Shown: in pieces, positions 1-9,239 of the stretch
Numbering within the stretch: the stretch's first letter is position 1
Layout: each line of letters begins with the position of its first letter
NCBI GenBank assembly: GCA_046757665.1
Contig: JBHHYO010000012.1
Coordinates: forward strand, 1 to 48,988
DNA length: 48,988 nucleotides
DNA from: Nitrospinales bacterium
GTDB lineage: Bacteria; Nitrospinota; Nitrospinia; Nitrospinales; JAJDAT01
Direction of reading: 5' to 3'
Made by a program: the position numbers and the translations under genes
The notes under the pieces: generated by a model
Told to the model about the DNA's origin: nothing
Seen by the model: the letters and a program-made list of their open reading frames with translations, nothing else
The model's database searches: none

Positions 1-2
1 TA

Positions 3-107
3 CTGCAAGTCGAAAAGATAAACAACCCGCACGCCAAGCGCAAAAAGAAAAAGGAGCAGACAAAACTGTATGTGACGTTTATTTCCGGTCATCAAAAGTT
101 GGAGTGA
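3..107 (+). CDS. 3' end of a CDS entering from the left edge (…LQVEKINNPHAKRKKKKEQTKLYVTFISGHQKLE*), product unknown
   Basis: Open frame from window start to TGA at 105-107, convergent with queG; too short to assign a family. Confidence 0.45.
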   Translation: MQVEKINNPHAKRKKKKEQTKLYVTFISGHQKLE

Positions 108-165
108 AAACGGCCGGCGGAGTTGCCGGGGTTTGCAGGCTGGGCCGGTAAAAGCTCGTTCGTCA

Positions 166-1302
166 TCATGGTACACGGCCTGGTTTCAACCGCGCCTTGA
201 CGCCGCGGATTTCGGCAAGAACCATTTCTTCTTTTTCCTCCGCCAGATGTTCGTCGAAGAGGGGCAGGGATTCTTCCCGCAACAATTCTCCCAGAGCCCA
301 GACCGCGTGGGCGCGGATCAAGGGTTCCTTGTCCTTCAACACCGCGGTCAAGGGAGCCGCCGCCTGCGGGTCTCCGGAGTTTCCCAGGGCTACCGCGACG
401 TTGCGGAGAAACCCTCTTCTCTTGATCCGCTTGATGGGACTTTTGCGGAAGCGGCGGCGAAAGGATTCGTCATCCAGCTGTATCAGGTCGATGAGGCGCC
501 GCGTCGTGAGCGGCTCTTGAAAACGTTTTTCATAACCGGGAACGGCAAAGGAGTTCCAGGGACACACAATCTGGCAGTCGTCGCACCCGAAAATATGGTT
601 GCCGATGGCTTTGCGAAATTCCACGGGAATGACGCCCCGGAGTTCGATATTGAGATACGAGATGCATCGGCGCGCATCCAGGACATAAGGTTCAACAATG
701 GCCTGCGTGGGGCAGATGTCGATGCACTGCCGACAGGTTCCGCAACGGTCAACGGATTCCCCGGATACCGGAAAGGCAATGTCCACCAAAATTTCCGAGA
801 GGAAATACCAGGAGCCCTTGCCCTCGGTGATCAGGTTGGTGTGTTTTCCAATCCAGCCGAGTCCGGCTTTTTGGGCCAGGGGTTTTTCGAGTACGGGCCC
901 GGTATCCACGTAAATTTTTGTACTGCAATTCGGGAACTGGTTGTGGATTGTTTCTTCCAGAACCTTCAGCCTGGAGGTGATGATATCATGATAATCTTCA
1001 TTTAAAGCATAAAGGGAGATATCGCCCGTCTCGGGTTCTTCAAGAAATGCCAGGGTTTTGTTTGTGGTCAAGTAGTCGGTGCGCAAGCAGATGACGCTTT
1101 TCACTCCGGGCAGGATTTTTTGCAGGTCCGCCCGTTTTTCTGTCCAGCGGCTCATGTATGCCATCTCTCCTTCATAATGCCTGGCCAACCAATGCCGGAA
1201 GCGGTCCACAGCTTTATCCAGGCAGGGAGGCGCTATGCCGAACCCGTCGAATCCCAGCTTGTGAGCTTCCTGTTTTATAAGTTGTAGCGGGGTTTCATTC
1301 AT
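166..1302 (-). CDS. queG: tRNA epoxyqueuosine(34) reductase
   Basis: YVDTGPVLEKPLAQKAGLGWIGKH, CGTCRQCIDICP and GCDDCQIVCPWN 4Fe-4S motifs, C-terminal HEAT-like repeat. Confidence 0.95.
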   Translation of the reverse strand: MNETPLQLIKQEAHKLGFDGFGIAPPCLDKAVDRFRHWLARHYEGEMAYMSRWTEKRADLQKILPGVKSVICLRTDYLTTNKTLAFLEEPETGDISLYALNEDYHDIITSRLKVLEETIHNQFPNCSTKIYVDTGPVLEKPLAQKAGLGWIGKHTNLITEGKGSWYFLSEILVDIAFPVSGESVDRCGTCRQCIDICPTQAIVEPYVLDARRCISYLNIELRGVIPVEFRKAIGNHIFGCDDCQIVCPWNSFAVPGYEKRFQEPLTTRRLIDLIQLDDESFRRRFRKSPIKRIKRRGFLRNVAVALGNSGDPQAAAPLTAVLKDKEPLIRAHAVWALGELLREESLPLFDEHLAEEKEEMVLAEIRGVKARLKPGRVP

Positions 1303-1309
1303 GGATAGT

Positions 1310-1318
1310 ACTTTACCA
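1310..1318 (-). promoter_or_regulatory. Putative extended -10 promoter (TGgTAAAGT) for queG
   Basis: TGnTAnnnT lies 7 nt upstream of the queG ATG; no SD visible. Confidence 0.45.
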
Positions 1319-1326
1319 AATATTCA

Positions 1327-1355
1327 TTGAACTGGGTTTTGGATTTTGTTATTCT
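1327..1355 (+). promoter_or_regulatory. Putative sigma70 promoter for the TPR lipoprotein gene
   Basis: TTGAAC-N17-TATTCT with an extended -10 TG. Confidence 0.45.
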
Positions 1356-1454
1356 TGCCCTATCGGCGCAATCAGCTTCACCGGAACCGGGTTTCTCAAT
1401 CTTGTTGTCACCCGAGGTTTGTTTTGGCCGGCCGTTTTTTCAGCCCATCGGAGC

Positions 1455-1997
1455 ATGAAATCATTTCCATTCACTCACACAAGGGTTGCGGTAGCGCTGA
1501 TGGTTTGTCTGGCGCTGGCGGTTTTTTCCGCTTGCCAAACGGAGGTCAAGCAAGAAAACGCGGTTCCCGACGTTTCTCAAGCAAGCCCTGCCGGCAACCC
1601 AGCGGGCACCGTGAAAGATAACGCTACAAATAATCTCTCTGAGACTGAGAAGTATTTTCAGGCGGGCAACGAATATTCCAGGAACGGGCAATTTTCGGAA
1701 TCCATCAAGTCTTATCGCCAAGCCCTCAAAATAAACGATTCGACGCCTTCCATTCATTACAACCTGGCGAACGTTCTTGTCGCCACGGATAAAATCGAAG
1801 ATGCCATTCAGGAATATCAGCGGGCTATAAAGCTCAATCCCCTGGTCCCGGATTACCACCGTAACCTGGGTTTTGCATATGCCCTTCAGCAAAACGGGGA
1901 GTTGGCAAAGAAAAAATATGAGGAATTGAAGAAGATGGCTCCCGCCCAAGCCGAGGAGCTGAAGCTATGGATTCAAAAAGAGAATCAAGGGGGGTAA
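1455..1997 (+). CDS. TPR-repeat lipoprotein
   Basis: ATG at 1455; hydrophobic signal ending in lipobox VFSA-C; three TPR-like repeats (YFQAGNEY…, HYNLANVL…AIQEYQRAIKLNP, HRNLGFAY). Confidence 0.85.
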   Translation: MKSFPFTHTRVAVALMVCLALAVFSACQTEVKQENAVPDVSQASPAGNPAGTVKDNATNNLSETEKYFQAGNEYSRNGQFSESIKSYRQALKINDSTPSIHYNLANVLVATDKIEDAIQEYQRAIKLNPLVPDYHRNLGFAYALQQNGELAKKKYEELKKMAPAQAEELKLWIQKENQGG

Positions 1998-2049
1998 AAT
2001 CCGTTGTCCGCCTTGCGTCACTCATGGGTCATGACCGGAAAATCATGGT

Positions 2050-2985
2050 ATGAGAAAAACCGGATTCATTTACCACCCTCTGTATTTGAAGCACGACACC
2101 GACCAGCATCCGGAAAATTCCGGTCGTCTTCAAGCTATCCGGCAAAAGATTGAAGACTCGGACATTGCCGCCAGCCTCATCAAACTGGATCCCCGGAAAG
2201 CCGACTGTGAAGAAATCGCATTCATCCACGATCCCGGTTATATCGAGCAGGTACGAAAAAGCTGTGCGGCGGGGTTGCGCTCCCTGGACATGGACACCAA
2301 TATTTGCGGTGCCTCTTACGAGGCGGCCCTGTTGAGCGCCGGGGCGGGCCTGGCGGCGGTGGATGAAATTTTGAGCGGGACCTGCGATAATGCGTTCTGC
2401 GCGGTCCGTCCACCGGGGCACCACGCCGAACACGAGCGCTCGATGGGGTTTTGCTTGTTCAACAATGTGGCGGTCACGGCAAAATACGCGCAACTTAAAA
2501 AAGGTCTCAACCGTATCCTGATATTCGATTGGGATGTCCATCATGGAAACGGGACCCAAAACGCTTTTTACGCGGACCCGGCAATCTATTACAGCAGTAT
2601 TCATCAATTCCCGTTTTATCCCGGAACGGGGAGGGCGGATGAAACGGGAACCCACGACGGGCTGGGAACCACGCTCAATTTTCCTCTGGGTGCATTTTCC
2701 CGGGACGACGCTTATCTTTCTATCGTAGAAAATAAACTCATCCCGGAAATCCTCCGCTTCAAACCCGAGTTGATCATTGTCTCGGCGGGATTCGACGCGC
2801 ATCAAGACGATCCCCTGGCCCAAATGGAGGTCACTACGGAATGTTTCGGCAAGATGACGGAGCTTATTCGTTGCGCCGCCGACGATGTTTGCCGGGGACG
2901 GGTGATTTCCATGCTTGAAGGAGGATACGACTACAACGCCCTGGGCGACTCCGTGCTGGCTCACCTGCGCCATCTGTTATCGTGA
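2050..2985 (+). CDS. Zn-dependent histone deacetylase family (AcuC/APAH-like) amidohydrolase
   Basis: HPE, RPPGHHA, GFCLFNN, DWDVHHGNGTQ, SAGFDAH..DPL and LEGGY motifs. Confidence 0.93.
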   Translation: MRKTGFIYHPLYLKHDTDQHPENSGRLQAIRQKIEDSDIAASLIKLDPRKADCEEIAFIHDPGYIEQVRKSCAAGLRSLDMDTNICGASYEAALLSAGAGLAAVDEILSGTCDNAFCAVRPPGHHAEHERSMGFCLFNNVAVTAKYAQLKKGLNRILIFDWDVHHGNGTQNAFYADPAIYYSSIHQFPFYPGTGRADETGTHDGLGTTLNFPLGAFSRDDAYLSIVENKLIPEILRFKPELIIVSAGFDAHQDDPLAQMEVTTECFGKMTELIRCAADDVCRGRVISMLEGGYDYNALGDSVLAHLRHLLS

Positions 2986-3010
2986 GAACCTTGGTACCGA
3001 ATTTCTTTAA

Positions 3011-5473
3011 ATGAATATGCTCCAACAATACGTTCGCCATTTTACGGATAAGTTGATCGAAGCGCTCAACGTAGGCACCATGAACATGGTTAATCTGCGT
3101 CAGACGTTGCTTACTCCGGACTTCATTCTGATCGGCCTGCTGGAACAGGAGAATTCCATCGTCGCGCAATTTCTGGATTCTTATTATCCGGAAGTCGAAG
3201 GCAAGGACCTCTCCGGCAAAATTCTGGAGAGGCTGTACGAAGAACAGACGCAGGAGACAAAATTCGAAGGCTCCGAGATCCGCCACATTCAACTCACCCA
3301 GGAAACGGAAATTTGCTTTGAGCTGGCCCAGGAGGAGGCGAGCAAGCTGGGCGACAAATATATCGGGGTCGGGGCCATGTTCCTTGCCCTGTTCGACGCC
3401 CGCGTCGGCAAGACGGCGGAGATTCTCAAGGAGCTTGGGCTGAGTTACAACAAGGTCAAGACCGATTACGAAAGTATGCGCGGCGGCCGGAAAATAACCG
3501 AAAAAAACGCCGAAGGTAATCTGGACGCTCTGGCCCAATACACCACTGACCTTACCGAAATGGCCCGGCGCGACCAACTCGACCCGGTGATCGGCCGGGA
3601 AAAAGAGATCAAGCGGATCATTCAGATTCTGTCCCGGAGAAAGAAGAACAACCCTGTCATCATTGGCGAACCCGGCGTCGGCAAAACGGTAATCGTCGAG
3701 GGGCTGGCCCAGCAAATCGCCCGGGCCGAGGTTCCCAACTCTCTTTTGAACAAGCAGGTCAAGGTGTTGGAAATGGCGGAAATCATCGCCGGCGCCAAAA
3801 TGCGCGGAGAGTTTGAAGAACGCATGAAAGCGATCAAGGACGAAATCATTACCTCGCACGGCAACATCATTCTCTTCATCGACGAGTTGCATACGATTGT
3901 CAGCGCCGGAGCGGGAGCCGGCGGGGTGGACGCTTCCAATATGCTGAAGGCGGCCCTGGCCAAGGGACAACTTCAATGTATCGGCGCCACCACCCTGGAG
4001 GAGTACAAAAAACATATCGAAGAAGACAAGGCTCTGGCTCGCCGGTTTCAACCTATTCTTGTCCAGGAACCTTCCGTGGAAGAAACTATTCGAATCCTCG
4101 AAGGCTTGAAACCTCGATACGAGAAGCACCACTCCATTCAATATAAAAAGGAAGCCATTGCCGCCGCCGCCAAATTGTCGGAAAAACATATCTCCGACCG
4201 CGCCCTGCCGGACAAGGCAGTGGATTTGATCGATGAGGCCGGCTCGCTGAAACATTTGAATTCCATTTACATCCCTCAAGCGCTGAAGCAATTGGAAAAT
4301 GAACGTAGCGACCTGTTGAAATCGCAAAAAGAGCATTTCAATAACCAGCAATTCGAGGAAGTCGCAAAGGACCGGCAAAAAATTCTTGCGCTGGAAAAAC
4401 GCCTGGAGCAAGAAAAACGCAAATGGAAAAAGGAAATGAACGGAATGGATGCCTGCGTTTCCGAAGAGGATATCGCCAATGTGGTGGCCAGTTGGACAGG
4501 GATCCCCGTGAGTAAAATCCGGGAAACGGAAGCGGAAAAACTGCTACACATGGAGGACAACCTGCACAAGCGCGTCATCGGCCAGGATAATGCAATCATC
4601 GCCATCAGCAACGCCATCCGGAGGAACCGCGCCGGGTTGAAAGAAAAAAACCGGCCCGTGGGCGCCTTTCTGTTTCTCGGGCCTACCGGGGTCGGCAAAA
4701 CGGAGCTGGCCAAGGCACTGGCCGAATTTTTGCTGGATGACGAAAACCGCATGATTCGCCTGGACATGTCCGAATACATGGAAAAACATTCCGTTTCCAA
4801 AATCACGGGATCGCCTCCCGGCTATGTGGGGTATGATGAAGGCGGCCAACTGACCGAAAAAATCCGACGCCAACCTTATTCAGTAATTTTACTGGATGAA
4901 CTGGAAAAGGCGCACCCCGACGTCTTCAACATCTTGTTGCAAATGTTGGATGATGGAAGGTTGACCGACGCGCATGGCCGGGAAACCAGCTTCAAGAACT
5001 CAATCATTATCGGCACATCAAACATCGGCAGTAAACTGCTCTCCGAAAAACGCAAGGGAATCGGTTTTGGCCAGCCCGAAAACAGCAAAAGCTACAAGGA
5101 AGTGAAATCCCTGGTCCTGCGAGAAGCCGAAAAATTTTTCAAACCGGAATTTCTCAACCGGCTGGATGACTTGATCGTTTTTCATTCGCTCAACCGCGAA
5201 GAGATCCGCAAGATCGTCGATCTCATCATTGACAATCTGAACCGTCGTCTGGAGGAGAAGGACCTGTCCCTCAAAGTCAGCACCAAAGCCAAGGACAAGC
5301 TGGCCCGGGACGGCTACAGTGAAATTTACGGCGCCCGGCCCCTGAAGCGGCTGGTCGAAGACCAACTTGAAAACGCTCTGTCAATGAAAATCATCAACGG
5401 CGATTTCAATTTTGGCGATAAAATTTCAGTCGATTTATCCAATAATAAATTCGTCTTCACCAAAAGGGAATGA
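3011..5473 (+). CDS. clpC: ATP-dependent Clp protease ATP-binding subunit, ClpC-type
   Basis: Two AAA+ modules (GEPGVGKT, GPTGVGKT), short coiled-coil M-domain, GYVG pore loop, IGF ClpP-docking motif (KGIGFG). Confidence 0.88.
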   Translation: MNMLQQYVRHFTDKLIEALNVGTMNMVNLRQTLLTPDFILIGLLEQENSIVAQFLDSYYPEVEGKDLSGKILERLYEEQTQETKFEGSEIRHIQLTQETEICFELAQEEASKLGDKYIGVGAMFLALFDARVGKTAEILKELGLSYNKVKTDYESMRGGRKITEKNAEGNLDALAQYTTDLTEMARRDQLDPVIGREKEIKRIIQILSRRKKNNPVIIGEPGVGKTVIVEGLAQQIARAEVPNSLLNKQVKVLEMAEIIAGAKMRGEFEERMKAIKDEIITSHGNIILFIDELHTIVSAGAGAGGVDASNMLKAALAKGQLQCIGATTLEEYKKHIEEDKALARRFQPILVQEPSVEETIRILEGLKPRYEKHHSIQYKKEAIAAAAKLSEKHISDRALPDKAVDLIDEAGSLKHLNSIYIPQALKQLENERSDLLKSQKEHFNNQQFEEVAKDRQKILALEKRLEQEKRKWKKEMNGMDACVSEEDIANVVASWTGIPVSKIRETEAEKLLHMEDNLHKRVIGQDNAIIAISNAIRRNRAGLKEKNRPVGAFLFLGPTGVGKTELAKALAEFLLDDENRMIRLDMSEYMEKHSVSKITGSPPGYVGYDEGGQLTEKIRRQPYSVILLDELEKAHPDVFNILLQMLDDGRLTDAHGRETSFKNSIIIGTSNIGSKLLSEKRKGIGFGQPENSKSYKEVKSLVLREAEKFFKPEFLNRLDDLIVFHSLNREEIRKIVDLIIDNLNRRLEEKDLSLKVSTKAKDKLARDGYSEIYGARPLKRLVEDQLENALSMKIINGDFNFGDKISVDLSNNKFVFTKRE

Positions 5474-5656
5474 ATGATGAACACACCTTCCGGTCCTGAA
5501 AACAAATTTTCCATCCTGGGTGAATTCTGGGAGTTTTTGAAAACCCGGAAAAAGTGGTGGCTGGGACCCATTGTTTTTATTCTGTTGCTGATGAGCCTGC
5601 TGATCGTCCTAACCGAGGGGAGTGCGGTCGCACCGTTTATTTACACAATTTTCTGA
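5474..5656 (+). CDS. DUF5989 (SxtK-like) small membrane protein
   Basis: Signature [17 protein letters not shown]…(TM)…[12 protein letters not shown]. Confidence 0.85.
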   Translation: MMNTPSGPENKFSILGEFWEFLKTRKKWWLGPIVFILLLMSLLIVLTEGSAVAPFIYTIF

Positions 5657-5667
5657 GCGGATTTATT

Positions 5668-6351
5668 GTGAAACTGTCGGTTGTTATCCCTGTTTACAAC
5701 GAAAAAGAAACGCTCCAGGAAATCATCCGAAGAGTTGAAGCGGTAGATTTTGAAAAGGAAATTATTCTTGTGGACGATTTCTCCACGGACGGTTCCCGGG
5801 AGATATTGAACGAGTATCAGGGGCGGAATAATTTCAAAGTCGCCTTTCATTCCAAAAACAAGGGAAAGGGAGCGGCCCTGCGAACGGGTTTCGCGCACGT
5901 CAGCGGTGACGTCATCATCATCCAGGACGCCGACCTGGAATACAATCCGACGGACTACCAACAATTATTGGAGCCTATTCTCGATGGCCGCGCCGACGTG
6001 GTGTACGGGTCCAGGTTTCTGGGCGGCCCGCACCGCGTAATGTTTTTCTGGCATTACCTCGGCAATACCGTACTGACCACCATCTCCAACATGTTCACCA
6101 ACCTGAACCTTACCGACATGGAAACCGGCTACAAGGTGTTTACGAAAAACGTGCTGGATTCGCTGAACCTGGAATGCGAGCGTTTCGGATTCGAGCCCGA
6201 ATTCACCGGCAAGGTAGCCAGGAAGAAATTCAAAATCTACGAGGTTCCCATTTCTTACAGCGGCCGGGACTACGCCCAAGGGAAGAAGATTACCTGGAAG
6301 GATGGCGTTGCGGCGTTGTGGTTCATCTTTAAATTTCGCTTTCTGAAATAA
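5668..6351 (+). CDS. Glycosyltransferase family 2, DPM1/polyprenol-phosphate glycosyltransferase-like
   Basis: GTG start; [39 protein letters not shown] and EVPISY motifs. Confidence 0.92.
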   Translation: MKLSVVIPVYNEKETLQEIIRRVEAVDFEKEIILVDDFSTDGSREILNEYQGRNNFKVAFHSKNKGKGAALRTGFAHVSGDVIIIQDADLEYNPTDYQQLLEPILDGRADVVYGSRFLGGPHRVMFFWHYLGNTVLTTISNMFTNLNLTDMETGYKVFTKNVLDSLNLECERFGFEPEFTGKVARKKFKIYEVPISYSGRDYAQGKKITWKDGVAALWFIFKFRFLK

Positions 6352-6399
6352 GCGCGCCGCTCAAAATAAGCCCTGCCCCATGGTCGCGGCAGACGGGGT

Positions 6400-6801
6400 T
6401 CAGTCCTTAAATTCGGCGCCGCAAAAATCACACGATGTGTCGTCGGCGCCGGCGACGTGACCGCAAGCCGAACAGATGTTGAATTGTTCATGTTCGGCGA
6501 TTAAATTGCGGGCCGCTTGCGCGTCGGTTTTTTGCACCCACAACCGCGCCTGGGTCAAGCCGGTTTCCGGCGCCGGGGCGGCATGAAAAGTCACGTTTTC
6601 GAGAACACAGGGTATGCCTTCGCTTTCCAGGTACCCGCGGATGATGTGCGCGGCCTGCTCGTCGGTCAAGTTACAAGCGACCTCAAGCTCCGCGACCTGA
6701 TCCGCTTCATTCTCCAGGGTTTCGACCAGAGCAACATTGCACTCCAGACACACGGTAAAGTTTTCACGAAATTCTTCCCGGCATTTTGGGCAAAAGGGCA
6801 T
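6400..6801 (-). CDS. DUF2007-type putative signal-transducing protein flanked by zinc ribbons
   Basis: ATG 6801 with GGAGG SD; N-terminal CPKC…CLEC, central AHIIRGYLESEGIPC, C-terminal CSAC…CDFC. Confidence 0.75.
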   Translation of the reverse strand: MPFCPKCREEFRENFTVCLECNVALVETLENEADQVAELEVACNLTDEQAAHIIRGYLESEGIPCVLENVTFHAAPAPETGLTQARLWVQKTDAQAARNLIAEHEQFNICSACGHVAGADDTSCDFCGAEFKD

Positions 6802-6881
6802 AACGGCGCCTCCATGAGTCGTGGACGAATCGGTAATGCGCCGGGCATCGACCGGCGCTTGGATAACGTGTCGAACTCCGG

Positions 6882-8240
6882 TCAATCAAACTTGTTGATC
6901 GTACCATCGCGCACGCCTTTTTCGTATTGTTTGGTTTCCCTGGAGAGTACCTTGCTTAAAAGCGCCAGACCCAGGAGATTCGGAACCGCCATCAATGCGT
7001 TCATGGCATCGGAAATATTCCAAACCAGTTCCAGTTTCACAACGGCTCCGATAAACACAAACAAGACCCAGGTGAGCCGATAATAAAAGATGTATTTTAC
7101 GCCCGCCAAATATTCAAAACATTTCTCGCCGTAATATTCCCAGGCCAGAATGGTTGAAAAAGCAAAGGTGGCGACCCCCAAGGTAACAATAGCGTTTCCC
7201 CAGTGTCCAGGCAACCCGGCCGAAAAAGCCTTGAGGGTCAGGGCCACTCCGGTTTCTCCGGAAACCCACGCCTCGGTGGAGGCCAAAACCAATGCCGTGA
7301 TGGAACAGACGACAAGGGTGTCGAGAAATGTTCCGGTCATGGACACAAGCGCCTGTTTGGCAGGTTGATTGGTTTTTGCGGCGGCGGCGGCTATCGGCGC
7401 ACTTCCCAGACCGGATTCGTTGGACAACAGTCCGCGGGCGACACCGTAACGAACCGTTTGCGCCAATGAAGCGCCGACAAAGCCTCCCGTCGCCGCCGTG
7501 CCGGTGAATGCCTGTTCCACAATTTGTCGCAAACCGACGAACAAATGAGAAAAATTTTTGAAGATGACCATGAAAGCGCCGATGAAATAAACCAGGACCA
7601 TGAAGGGAACCAACAAGGTGGCAACCTCGGCGATTCTTTTGATACCCCCGATAACAACCAACGCAGTCAAAAAAGCCAGGACGAGTCCGACGATAACCTC
7701 ATTGGTGCCCAACACCCTGGTGAGTGCATGAGCGGTCGTATTGGCCTGGATCATGTTTCCGGTCCCGAAGGCGGCGACGGCGCCGAACAGGGCAAAAGAC
7801 ACACCCAGCCATCGGCGCGCCAATCCCTCCTCCAGGTAATACATGGGACCCCCGGAGATTTCTCCGCGGTCGTTGAGGCGGCGGTGTTTTATAGCCAGAA
7901 ATCCTTCGCTGTATTTGGTCGCCATGCCGACCAGCCCGGTCACCCACATCCAGAACACCGCTCCCGGCCCACCCAGGGCAACGGCCGTGCCGACTCCGGC
8001 AATGTTCCCCACCCCCACCGTTGCGGCAAGCGCGGTCATCAGCGCTCCCAGGTGAGAGATGTCGCCCGGCCCCTGCCGCTCCTTGGTAAAAGCCAAACGC
8101 AGAGCATATCCAAGCAGGCGAAACTGGATTCCTTTTAACCGGAACGTCAATAAAATCCCGGTGCCCAGCAAAAGCGCCAAAAGCCACGGCCCCCACATGA
8201 GGCTGGCAAACTCGGAAAAAAACCGGCTGAGAGTTTCCAT
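6882..8240 (-). CDS. Alanine/glycine:cation symporter (AGCS family)
   Basis: ATVGVGNIAGV, GGPGAVFWMW, GGPMYYL, RGLLSNESGLGS motifs; many TM helices; start taken as ATG 8240. Confidence 0.93.
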   Translation of the reverse strand: METLSRFFSEFASLMWGPWLLALLLGTGILLTFRLKGIQFRLLGYALRLAFTKERQGPGDISHLGALMTALAATVGVGNIAGVGTAVALGGPGAVFWMWVTGLVGMATKYSEGFLAIKHRRLNDRGEISGGPMYYLEEGLARRWLGVSFALFGAVAAFGTGNMIQANTTAHALTRVLGTNEVIVGLVLAFLTALVVIGGIKRIAEVATLLVPFMVLVYFIGAFMVIFKNFSHLFVGLRQIVEQAFTGTAATGGFVGASLAQTVRYGVARGLLSNESGLGSAPIAAAAAKTNQPAKQALVSMTGTFLDTLVVCSITALVLASTEAWVSGETGVALTLKAFSAGLPGHWGNAIVTLGVATFAFSTILAWEYYGEKCFEYLAGVKYIFYYRLTWVLFVFIGAVVKLELVWNISDAMNALMAVPNLLGLALLSKVLSRETKQYEKGVRDGTINKFD

Positions 8241-8381
8241 ATGTGATGAACCAAAATCCGGAGGAGTAAACAGTGAACCGATTGACTGCGGAAAGCATGA
8301 AACGGGTGGCGCCGGAAGCCGGTTATTGGTCAACCGTGGCGGCCTGGAATTTTCCCCGGTAATGTTCGGAGACTTTGCCGG

Positions 8382-9107
8382 TTATTTTCCGCTTTTCCCG
8401 GCTTGAGGTTTCTTGAGGGCCGCCTTCTTTTCATCCGCCCGCAACAGTTCTTCCAACCGACCGACAAGGCTGGATTCCGTTTTCAATTCCAGCTTCAACC
8501 GGTTCAAGAGACGGATGGTTCTGTTTTTCATTCGAGGTCCGGTAACTCTCACCTGCTCGTCTTGACGCAGGCTGTCCTGAAGAAAATTATGGGCTTCCTG
8601 GATCGCCGGCAAATCCAACTCGGAAAGCTTTTGGACCAGCTCTTTTTTTTGAGGCAGGGATTGCTGGATACTCGCCGCAAAGGTTTTCCCGGTCCGTTCC
8701 GAGGGCATCATTTGGGTCAAATCCTCGTCACGTTTGATTTCATTTTTCAAATATAAAATCGTTTCCTGAAGCACCACTTTTTCTTCTTTTGTCAGTTTGC
8801 CGTTTTCTTTTTTTGGGGAATCTCCCGATGGGGCGCTTGACGTTTCCGAACCTGTTTCTGAATCCGCTCCGGCACCAGAGCGCGACGAGCCGATGTTTGG
8901 AAAGGAAATTGCCGGCATCCGGGACAAATAGGGAGGCTTGCGGAATTTTCTGGGAATCTGGTTGATGTCATCCGTAAAGTGAACCGCCCCCCGATCATCT
9001 TTCCACTTGAAGATCGCCGCTTCCACGGACGGCGGAAACAAGGCCCACAGTAACATCATGCCGATCAAAAAAACCGCGAACTGCCGGTGCCTGCCAAACT
9101 TTTCCAT
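8382..9107 (-). CDS. Secreted/periplasmic DUF4124-domain protein
   Basis: ATG 9107 with GGAGG SD, signal peptide, IFKWKDDRGAVHFTD motif, Ser-rich linker, helical C-terminus. Confidence 0.8.
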   Translation of the reverse strand: MEKFGRHRQFAVFLIGMMLLWALFPPSVEAAIFKWKDDRGAVHFTDDINQIPRKFRKPPYLSRMPAISFPNIGSSRSGAGADSETGSETSSAPSGDSPKKENGKLTKEEKVVLQETILYLKNEIKRDEDLTQMMPSERTGKTFAASIQQSLPQKKELVQKLSELDLPAIQEAHNFLQDSLRQDEQVRVTGPRMKNRTIRLLNRLKLELKTESSLVGRLEELLRADEKKAALKKPQAGKSGK

Positions 9108-9151
9108 ATCGCCTCCCTCTTCTCGACACACCATCGCCAACCATTGACGAT

Positions 9152-9184
9152 ATTATATCAGCCGGGCCGAGGCTCTGCTATAAT
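9152..9184. promoter_or_regulatory. Back-to-back extended -10 promoters
   Basis: TGaTATAAT on the - strand (9160-9152) and TGcTATAAT on the + strand (9176-9184), between divergent genes. Confidence 0.6.
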
Positions 9185-9239
9185 ATTGCCATCGATCCTT
9201 CAACATTCGTTTTACAAAACATTTGACCTTGATCCTTCC

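Noticed and set aside
108..165. CCGGC-ggagtt-GCCGG hairpin between convergent genes as a terminator
   Set aside because: Short stem with no convincing U-tract on either strand
6346..6399. AAATAAGC direct repeat and weak CTGCC/GGCAG hairpin after the GT2 gene
   Set aside because: Too short to distinguish from chance; no U-tract or mobile-element context
8241..8381. Possible glycine riboswitch upstream of the Ala/Gly symporter
   Set aside because: The conserved GGAGA/CCGAAG/CUCUCAGG aptamer elements are not visible
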